Shown here: positions 1-6,674 of the stretch, one piece after another
Layout: each line of letters starts with the position of its first letter
Position numbering within the stretch: position 1 is the stretch's first letter
Source of the DNA: Candidatus Nanopusillus sp.
GTDB taxonomy: Archaea; Nanobdellota; Nanobdellia; Nanobdellales; Nanobdellaceae
Assembly (NCBI GenBank): GCA_046533775.1
Contig: JAWDOO010000011.1
Span: 1-14,526, forward strand
Direction of reading: 5' to 3'
DNA: 14,526 nucleotides
Program-made: the position numbers and the translations under genes
Notes under the pieces: model-generated
The model's database searches: none
Told to the model about the DNA's origin: nothing
Seen by the model: only the letters and a program-made list of their open reading frames with translations

Positions 1-4
1 AAAA

Positions 5-2605
5 TCAATTAGATATTTTGGTATTTAAAAATATTTTATATATGAATCTACCAGAATACTTATCTAAATATTCATTATAATTACCGCATTTTGGAGAGTA
101 TATACATCTTGGACATCCATCTAGACATTTACACTTATTTAAAGATATTATAGATTTTTTAATCAATTTTTCTATATTATTATATAATATTTCTGCTAAA
201 CCGACACCAGATTCATATCCCTCATATATAAATATTGTTGGTTTATTTGTTTGTGGATGAATTGGATAAGAATATCCACCCAGTTCTTGTGAATCTATAA
301 ATGTTACAATTGGAGATATTTTTATTATATTATGTTCTATTGCATGTAATCCAGATCTAAATGAAGATTCATAATCAACAATTTTCTTAACTAAAAATAC
401 TAATATATTATCCTTTATTCCATAATTTCTTTCTAGAAATTCTCCAATTATCTCTTTTATTTTTTTACTTGCTAATCCTCTATATTTTTCGTAAAAGAAA
501 TCTTTACTTATAGTAGAAGAAAAGTTCAATATTTCATCAACATTTATATTATATTTTTTCTTTTCAATATATTTTTTTAATTTATCTAAAAAGAAATTAT
601 AATAAATACTTTCCAATTCCTTCTGATATCTTTCAGGTATTAAAATCCATATTGCTTTTGTATTAAATTCATAATTTATACTTTTCTCATAATAATTTAT
701 ATTTTGTATATAATTTTCTCCCATTTTATATTTTTCAATATATCCTACAAATTCCTTTTTTACTTTTATTTCTCCCAAATATATTTCCCAATCATTTATT
801 ACTTTTTTATCTATTGTATTAATTATCTTTACATCTTCATAATATATTGGACTTGTCTCTATATTTGAAAATTCTGGTCTAAAGAATACAAATGTAACAT
901 TATCTATATTATAATAATCTGTTATTCTAATTGCCCTTCCAGAAGAATAATATACCATTCCAGGTAATAGATAATCATAAAATGCATGCTCATCCATTTC
1001 TTCCAAAATTTTTCCTTTACCTTTTAACATATTTATTATCCTTATTAATCCTTCCTTTTTCTTTATTCTTTTTATCATATCTTCTTCCTCCTTTGTTAAA
1101 TCTACAACATAATATACCTTATCTGAAATATTTCTTAATCCAGAATATATTACTTGAGTATTTAATTTATAATATTCCTTTCCAAATAATGGATCCTTTA
1201 TTTTTGATACGATATTTTCCTTTTCTAATTCTTCCAAATACTTTTTCTCTAAATCATTTAATATACTTTTATCAATTCTCCCAAATTCATTTATTAAATA
1301 TTTTAAATGTTTCTTAATAACTTTTTCATTATCTAAATTTAATGGGATATTATCTAACTTATTTTTCTCAATTCTATCTAAAAATTCATTTATATTTGTT
1401 GAATAATAAAAGTCCAATGCGTCCTTTTTAAATATCATTATATCTATCGAATCAGAAATTCTTCCAGATCTTCCAAATCTTTGAATTATTGAAGAAATTC
1501 CCTCTCTAGGTATTCCATAATTTACTACAGATCTTATTTCTCCAATATCTATTCCAAGTTCTAATGCTGATGTAGTTAATAATATTAAATATTCTCCTGA
1601 TTTAAATTTTTGCTCAATTTCTTTCCTTTTTTCCCTTAAATAACTTGCCTTATATGTATAAATTTTATTATATTTATCTAAATCTTGAGATTCTAACCTT
1701 AATAATTCAACACCTTTCTTTGATTCAATAAATATTAGAGACTTTATATTATTTTCTAACAAAATTCTTATTGACCTTTTTAATAATAATCTCGAACTTG
1801 AACTTTTTGGATCCAAACAAATTATATATTTTTTATATCTATTACTATAATCTTTATCAATTAACTCAAAATCTAGGTCAAACATATTTTTTGCGAATTC
1901 TATAGGATTCCTTAATGTTGCGGATAATGTTAATATTTTAAAATTATTATTTTTATAGAAATATTTTAATAATCTTATTAATCTTCTAAATGTATATGCA
2001 GCATTTGTTCCAAATACCCCTCTATATGAATGCAATTCATCTACAACAATTAAATCTAAATTTCTAAAGAAATAAAATAATTTATCATGATTTTTTAATA
2101 TATATAAATGCAAATTATCGATTGTGGTTAAAATTAAGTTTGGTCTTTCCCTTATTATTTTTTCTTTTTCACTATATGTTAAATCTCCTAAAATAAATTT
2201 CATCTTAATATTTAATTTTTTATTTATATAATTTTCAAAATCTTTTATTAATTCTTCAAATTTTTCATATTGATCATATAATAATGCTCTCAATGGGTAA
2301 ATTAATAAAAAGGTCTTATTTGGATACTTTAATATGTTATCAATAATATATAATCTAAATATATGAGATTTTCCAGAAGCTGTTGGAGTTGTTACAATTA
2401 GATTTTTATTTTTATATAATAAATTTAATCCTTCAACCTGGTGTTTATATAATTTAAAGTTTCTAGAATTTAAATATTCATTTAATTCTTTATTATAAAA
2501 TTCAAAATTATCAAATTCAGCATTTTTATTATTAATTAATTTAATTCCAACTATATAATCTTTAAACTCTTTTTCAAAAATATTTTTTAAATCATCAATA
2601 TTCAT
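5..2605 (-). CDS. SF2 DEAD/DEAH-box helicase with C-terminal DUF1998 (MrfA/YprA-type, Hrq1/Hel112-like) zinc-binding domain
   Basis: Complete 866-aa ORF with stop TGA at 5-7. Helicase motifs are readable in the translation: I TPTASGKS (about 2368-2394), Ia YPLRAL, II VVDELH (about 2031-2045), III LSAT, V TSALELGIDIG, VI QRFGRSGR. The C-terminal Cys cluster CKCLDGCPRCIYSPKCGNYNEYLDK (about 62-140) matches the DUF1998 four-Cys pattern. Confidence 0.85.
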   Translation of the reverse strand: MNIDDLKNIFEKEFKDYIVGIKLINNKNAEFDNFEFYNKELNEYLNSRNFKLYKHQVEGLNLLYKNKNLIVTTPTASGKSHIFRLYIIDNILKYPNKTFLLIYPLRALLYDQYEKFEELIKDFENYINKKLNIKMKFILGDLTYSEKEKIIRERPNLILTTIDNLHLYILKNHDKLFYFFRNLDLIVVDELHSYRGVFGTNAAYTFRRLIRLLKYFYKNNNFKILTLSATLRNPIEFAKNMFDLDFELIDKDYSNRYKKYIICLDPKSSSSRLLLKRSIRILLENNIKSLIFIESKKGVELLRLESQDLDKYNKIYTYKASYLREKRKEIEQKFKSGEYLILLTTSALELGIDIGEIRSVVNYGIPREGISSIIQRFGRSGRISDSIDIMIFKKDALDFYYSTNINEFLDRIEKNKLDNIPLNLDNEKVIKKHLKYLINEFGRIDKSILNDLEKKYLEELEKENIVSKIKDPLFGKEYYKLNTQVIYSGLRNISDKVYYVVDLTKEEEDMIKRIKKKEGLIRIINMLKGKGKILEEMDEHAFYDYLLPGMVYYSSGRAIRITDYYNIDNVTFVFFRPEFSNIETSPIYYEDVKIINTIDKKVINDWEIYLGEIKVKKEFVGYIEKYKMGENYIQNINYYEKSINYEFNTKAIWILIPERYQKELESIYYNFFLDKLKKYIEKKKYNINVDEILNFSSTISKDFFYEKYRGLASKKIKEIIGEFLERNYGIKDNILVFLVKKIVDYESSFRSGLHAIEHNIIKISPIVTFIDSQELGGYSYPIHPQTNKPTIFIYEGYESGVGLAEILYNNIEKLIKKSIISLNKCKCLDGCPRCIYSPKCGNYNEYLDKYSGRFIYKIFLNTKISN

Positions 2606-2644
2606 ATTTGATATATAAGATTAAACATTTTTATATTAAATATA
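2606..2644. promoter_or_regulatory. 39-bp divergent control region shared by the helicase and ligase genes, with TATA-like boxes on both strands
   Basis: This is the only sequence between the two divergent ATGs (2605 and 2645). TATATAAG at 2612-2619 on the + strand is about 30 bp from the ligase ATG. TTTAATATAAAA on the - strand (2640-2629) is about 30 bp from the helicase ATG. The spacer is almost pure A/T, so individual box calls are weak. Confidence 0.35.
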
Positions 2645-4312
2645 ATGAAATATTTCTCCGAATTAGCAGAAATATTGGAAAAGGTTGAAAAGATTAATGA
2701 AAAATCTTTGAAAATTGATGTTTTATCTAGATTTATAAAGTCCTTAGATAAAAATGAATTAAAAATAACCATTTGGTTAATTTTAGGAAATACTGAAGAA
2801 GAATGGATTGAAAGAAAATTAAATGTATCTATAAGTACAATTATAAGAGTACTAAAAAATTTGGGAGTAAATATTAAGGAATTAAGTTTATTATATAAAA
2901 AGTCCGGTGATTTAGGAGAAGCTGTTAAAATTATTTATGAAAAGGGAAATATAAAATTAAATAAGTGGTTTGCAAAAAAATATACAATAATTGATATATA
3001 TAATGAATTAAAGAAAATTGAAAATCTGGAAGGAGAAGGATCTAGAGAAAAAAGAATATTATATTTAGAAGGAATATATAAAAATTTATCACCTTTGGAG
3101 GCAAAATTATTAACAAGAATTTTACAGGGAGATATGAGATATGGTGTATTAGAAGGAACAATTGAGGATTGTTTATCTTATATATATGGTATTGATGATG
3201 AAAAAATTAAAATTTCTCATGCAATAATTGGAGATATTGGAGTTTTAGCAGAATATTTATTTAATAATCCAAAAAATATTGAAAATGTTAATATTAGATT
3301 ATTTCATCCATTTAAACCAATGCTTGCAGAAAAGGCAAATAATTTTCAGGATGTATTTAATAATTTTTCTCCTGCAGCATTTGAATTTAAATTTGATGGA
3401 ATAAGGGCACAAATACATAAAAGGGAAAATGAAGTAAAGATATTTACTAGAAGGTTAAAAGATGTAACAAAATCTTTTCCAGATGTTGTAGAATTAATAT
3501 TAAATAATATAAAAAATAATGAAATAGTTATTGAAGGAGAAATTGTTGCATGGGATTATAATAAAAATTTACCATTACCTTTTCAAGAAATTTCAAAAAG
3601 AATAAAGAGAGAATATGAAATTTCAAAATATATAAAAGAAATACCTGTTAAATTATTTTTATTTGATATAATTTATTTAGATGGAAAATTATTAATAAAT
3701 GAAGAATATATAAATAGGAGAAAAATATTAGAAGAAATTAGAGGAAATATTGATTTAACTCCAATGATAATTACAAGTAAAGAAGATGAGGCAAAAAAAT
3801 TCTTTGAAGAATCTATTAATATGAAAAATGAAGGTCTTGTAGCAAAGAAATTAGATTCAAAATATATTCCTGGAAAAAGAGATAAATCATGGTTAAAAGT
3901 AAAAGGACATTTAGAACCATTAGATTTAGTAATAATTGGAGGAGAATGGGGACATGGGAGAAGAAAAAATTTTATTTCAGATTTATATTTAGCTGCATTA
4001 GATAAAGATACTGGAGAATATTTAATGGTAACAAAAACATTCAAAGGATTGTCTGATAATGAATATGTTCAATTAACAAAAGAATTATTAAAATATAAAA
4101 TAAAAGAAGAGGGAAGAATTGTATGGTTTAAACCAAAGATTGTTGTAGAAGTTATATATGATGAAATACAAAAAAGTCCAAAGTATAAATCTGGTTTTGC
4201 ATTAAGATTTGCTAGAGTTAATAGAATAAGATGGGATAAAAGTGAAAAAGATGTAAACACAATACAAGAAATTAAAGAATTATATGAAAAACAAAGAAAA
4301 GAAGAAATATAA
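2645..4312 (+). CDS. lig: ATP-dependent DNA ligase (archaeal/eukaryotic LigI type)
   Basis: 555-aa ORF. Nucleotidyltransferase motifs: I FKFDGIRAQ (adenylylated Lys codon at 3389-3391), III EGEIVAW, IIIa LFLFDIIYLDG, IV EGLVAKK, V SWLKVK, VI LRFARVNRIRWDK. The N-terminal DNA-binding-domain-like region starts MKYFSELAEILEKVEK. Confidence 0.93.
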   Translation: MKYFSELAEILEKVEKINEKSLKIDVLSRFIKSLDKNELKITIWLILGNTEEEWIERKLNVSISTIIRVLKNLGVNIKELSLLYKKSGDLGEAVKIIYEKGNIKLNKWFAKKYTIIDIYNELKKIENLEGEGSREKRILYLEGIYKNLSPLEAKLLTRILQGDMRYGVLEGTIEDCLSYIYGIDDEKIKISHAIIGDIGVLAEYLFNNPKNIENVNIRLFHPFKPMLAEKANNFQDVFNNFSPAAFEFKFDGIRAQIHKRENEVKIFTRRLKDVTKSFPDVVELILNNIKNNEIVIEGEIVAWDYNKNLPLPFQEISKRIKREYEISKYIKEIPVKLFLFDIIYLDGKLLINEEYINRRKILEEIRGNIDLTPMIITSKEDEAKKFFEESINMKNEGLVAKKLDSKYIPGKRDKSWLKVKGHLEPLDLVIIGGEWGHGRRKNFISDLYLAALDKDTGEYLMVTKTFKGLSDNEYVQLTKELLKYKIKEEGRIVWFKPKIVVEVIYDEIQKSPKYKSGFALRFARVNRIRWDKSEKDVNTIQEIKELYEKQRKEEI

Positions 4313-4315
4313 AAA
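4311..4315 (-). terminator. Oligo-T (T5) tract downstream of tRNA-Ile on the minus strand, overlapping the ligase stop codon
   Basis: Forward AAAAA at 4311-4315 is TTTTT on the tRNA strand, 10 nt past the tRNA 3' end. Archaeal RNAP terminates at oligo-T. Such runs are common in this AT-rich DNA. Confidence 0.35.
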
Positions 4316-4324
4316 TTATTAATA

Positions 4325-4397
4325 TGGGCCCGGGGGGACTCGAACCCCCGACCTCCCGGTTATCAGCCGGACGCTCTAGCCCCTGAGCCACGGGCCC
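4325..4397 (-). tRNA. tRNA-Ile, anticodon GAU; no intron, no encoded CCA
   Basis: Reverse complement: GGGCCCG-TG-GCTC-AGGGGCTA-GAGC-G-TCCGG-CTGATAA-CCGGG-AGGTC-GGGGG-TTCGAGT-CCCCC-CGGGCCC-A. It forms a full cloverleaf with a 7-bp acceptor stem, 4-bp D stem, 5-bp anticodon stem (one U-G pair) and 5-bp T stem. Anticodon loop CT-GAT-AA, T-loop TTCGAGT with A58, discriminator A73. About 75% GC (54 of 72 counted by hand). Confidence 0.95.
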
Positions 4398-4417
4398 TAA
4401 AATTTATGATTATTTAT

Positions 4418-4429
4418 CTTTTATAAAAG
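4418..4429. promoter_or_regulatory. Perfectly palindromic TATA box (CTTTTATAAAAG) serving divergent tRNA-Ile and membrane-protein promoters
   Basis: The 12-bp sequence equals its own reverse complement. Its centre (4423/4424) is 26.5 bp from tRNA position +1 (4397) and 25.5 bp from the ATG at 4449, which is the canonical archaeal TATA-to-TSS distance in both directions. Confidence 0.55.
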
Positions 4430-4448
4430 TTTTTTTAAATTAAATCTA

Positions 4449-5072
4449 ATGGATTTCATAAGTCAACTATTATTAAAGATTTACCAATTAATAGGAGAAC
4501 CTATTTTGGAATATATATCAAATATACAAAATTATACAACATACTTTGTAATTTTTATAATATTTGTTACAATTGGATATATAATAGCAAAAGTTAGTAT
4601 ATTTATATTAAAAATTATATTCAATTATACAAATTTAAATCAAATCCAAAAGAAAAATCCTGAATTATTTTATGGAATAAATATATCCAATTTAATTTTA
4701 GGTTTAGTAAAATATTATATAATATTATATTTCTTAATATTGGGGATTGTTGTAAATTTTCCTTATTATTCTTACTTATTTTATATATTAAATCTATTCT
4801 ATACAGCAATAATAATATTGCTTGTTGGTATAGCTATTGGAGATATTATTACATACTTATTTAATATAAAGAATAATGTTGCAAAAATTGTAAAAGGAAC
4901 TATATTATATTTATTCTTAATTATTGCATTGTCATATTTAGGATTAAATTCAACAGTATTGGTTCAAGCCTTATATTATTTATTATTATCTGCAGCAATA
5001 TCTTTTGGAATAATGATTGGTGTTATAATAGCATTAGAATATAAAGATGAAATAATAAAAATAATAAAATGA
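4449..5072 (+). CDS. Hypothetical multi-pass membrane protein
   Basis: 207-aa ORF with several long hydrophobic segments, e.g. YFVIFIIFVTIGYIIAKVSIFILKIIF and LFYTAIIILLVGIAIGDIITYLF. Its stop overlaps the next ATG (ATGA at 5069-5072). I recognise no catalytic motif. Confidence 0.6.
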   Translation: MDFISQLLLKIYQLIGEPILEYISNIQNYTTYFVIFIIFVTIGYIIAKVSIFILKIIFNYTNLNQIQKKNPELFYGINISNLILGLVKYYIILYFLILGIVVNFPYYSYLFYILNLFYTAIIILLVGIAIGDIITYLFNIKNNVAKIVKGTILYLFLIIALSYLGLNSTVLVQALYYLLLSAAISFGIMIGVIIALEYKDEIIKIIK

Positions 5073-5512
5073 AAACTTGCGAATTATGTGGAAAAAGTAC
5101 AGATAAATTATATAAAGTATATATAGAAGGTACAATATTAAATGTATGTGCGGATTGTTTAAAATATGGAAAACCTGTAGATGAAAATGGAAATATAATA
5201 AAAGAAAATAAATTAGAAATAAAAGAAATTTTAGGAGAAGTTGTGGATGAAAATTATAATAAAATATTAATAAAATATAGAGAAGATCATAAATTAAAGC
5301 AAGAAGATATGGGAAAATTATTAGGAATAAAAGAAAGTTTATATAAATCAATAGAAAATAAAAAGATTATACCTGATATAAATTTAGCCAAAAAGATTGA
5401 AAAAACATTGGGAATAAAAATAACTAAAAAGGAGGTATTAACTGAAAAAATAAATAAAAAAGATAATAAAAATTATATAACTGTCGGAGATATTTTAGAA
5501 TTTGAAGAATGA
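5069..5512 (+). CDS. mbf1: Archaeal multiprotein-bridging factor 1 (MBF1): N-terminal zinc ribbon plus C-terminal XRE-type HTH
   Basis: 147 aa. The N-terminus MKTCELCGK...VCADCLKYGKP gives a CxxC...CxxC zinc ribbon. The C-terminal part REDHKLKQEDMGKLLGIKESLYKSIENKKIIPDINLAKKIEKTLGIKI is a typical cro/C1-type HTH. Size and layout match archaeal MBF1 (TIGR00270-type). Confidence 0.85.
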   Translation: MKTCELCGKSTDKLYKVYIEGTILNVCADCLKYGKPVDENGNIIKENKLEIKEILGEVVDENYNKILIKYREDHKLKQEDMGKLLGIKESLYKSIENKKIIPDINLAKKIEKTLGIKITKKEVLTEKINKKDNKNYITVGDILEFEE

Positions 5513-6090
5513 ATATATATTATATATTATATATATTTTTTGAATCATTTATATTAAATTCTCTTCCTTTATTTGGAGCTCCGTTTGTTTTATTATCAAT
5601 ACCTATATTATCTATTATTGGGATAAATATTTATAATATAATTTTAGTATCAATTATTTTAGGCATAGGAGCATCTACTGGAAGAATTATAATATATATT
5701 ATAGGTATTCTTTTATCAAAACCCTTAAAGAATAATAAAAATTTATTATTTATAAAAAGAATATCTAATAGTAAAAACTTTTATGTAACTTTTTTCTTTT
5801 TAACTATATTACCACTTCTTCCATTAGATGATCTATTATTTTTATCATTCGGAATTGAAAAAATAAATATGTTAAAATATTATCTAATATCTGTTTTAGG
5901 AAAAGTATTAAAATCTTTTTTAGAATTATATGCTGAAATATTTATTCTAAATAAGATAAGTTATATATCAAAAATACCTTTATTACAATTATCTATAATA
6001 TCTTCAATAGCGTTTATTTTATTAGGTATAATATTTTTTAAATTAGATTGGGAAAAATATTTTAATAAATGGATATCAAAAGAGAAATAA
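5509..6090 (+). CDS. Membrane protein, VTT/DedA-like (YqaA/COG1238-type) candidate
   Basis: 193 aa, start overlaps the mbf1 stop (ATGA). Pattern LPLFGAPFVLL...LGIGASTGRIIIYIIG...ILPLLPLDDLLFLSFG...VLGKVLKSF resembles the small DedA/VTT-domain family. Assigned from motif memory only. Confidence 0.5.
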   Translation: MNIYYILYIFFESFILNSLPLFGAPFVLLSIPILSIIGINIYNIILVSIILGIGASTGRIIIYIIGILLSKPLKNNKNLLFIKRISNSKNFYVTFFFLTILPLLPLDDLLFLSFGIEKINMLKYYLISVLGKVLKSFLELYAEIFILNKISYISKIPLLQLSIISSIAFILLGIIFFKLDWEKYFNKWISKEK

Positions 6091-6650
6091 GAATATTGGG
6101 AATTGATGATGGATATTTTGATAGAAATAAAGATAAATATACAATAATTGTCGGAGTTATAATGAGAGGATCTTCACAAATAGATGGAATATTATCAAAT
6201 AAAATTGAAATAGATGGATTTGATATAAATGATAGAATAATTGAAATGATAAAAAGAACAAAACATTATGATCAATTAAGAATAATAGCAACAAATGGAA
6301 TATCTTTTGGTGGATTTAATTTAATAGATTTTGAATATTTATATAATGAATTAAATATACCTATAATATCTTTTGTAAGGAAAAAACCAAATATAGATAA
6401 ATTTATAGAGGCAATTAAACATACAAGAGATTATGAAAAAAGATTGGAAATAGTAAAAAAATATCCTGAACCAAAAGGCTATAAAACTGAATATGGAACA
6501 TTATATTTTCAATATTATGGATTAGAATATAATGATGTAATAAATATAATTAAATTAACATCTGTACATTCTAGAATCCCAGAACCAATTAGAGTTGCAC
6601 ATCTAATTGCAATGGGAATAACAAAAGGATATTCAAGAGGAAAACCATAA
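6069..6650 (+). CDS. DUF99 / UPF0215 family protein (endonuclease V-like fold, archaeal)
   Basis: 193 aa. The N-terminus IRILGIDDGYF followed by IIVGVIMRG...IEIDG.D...RIIATNGISFGGFNLIDFEYLY...IPIISFVRKKPN follows the conserved UPF0215 pattern seen in methanogen and Thermococcales homologues. It overlaps the upstream gene by 22 nt. Confidence 0.85.
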   Translation: MDIKREIRILGIDDGYFDRNKDKYTIIVGVIMRGSSQIDGILSNKIEIDGFDINDRIIEMIKRTKHYDQLRIIATNGISFGGFNLIDFEYLYNELNIPIISFVRKKPNIDKFIEAIKHTRDYEKRLEIVKKYPEPKGYKTEYGTLYFQYYGLEYNDVINIIKLTSVHSRIPEPIRVAHLIAMGITKGYSRGKP

Positions 6651-6674
6651 AAATATTTTACATAAAACATCAAT

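Noticed and set aside
931-1317. 128-aa plus-strand ORF inside the helicase gene
   Set aside because: It lies entirely antisense to a strongly supported CDS. The product is low-complexity and rich in L/F/I/P/Y, as expected from reading K/E/N-rich codons backwards. It has no motifs and no promoter context.
3673-4260. Two minus-strand ORFs (3673-4044 and 4069-4260) inside the ligase gene
   Set aside because: Both are antisense shadows of the ligase CDS with F/S/I/L-rich, low-complexity translations. The ligase frame carries all the catalytic motifs.
4621-4809. 62-aa minus-strand ORF inside the 4449-5072 membrane-protein gene
   Set aside because: It is a short antisense ORF with no recognisable features, and the sense frame is a coherent multi-TM protein.
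5034-5351. 105-aa minus-strand ORF antisense to mbf1
   Set aside because: The translation is an F/L/I/Y/H repeat-like string, which is the mirror image of MBF1's K/E/N/I codons. The MBF1 frame has a clear zinc ribbon and HTH.
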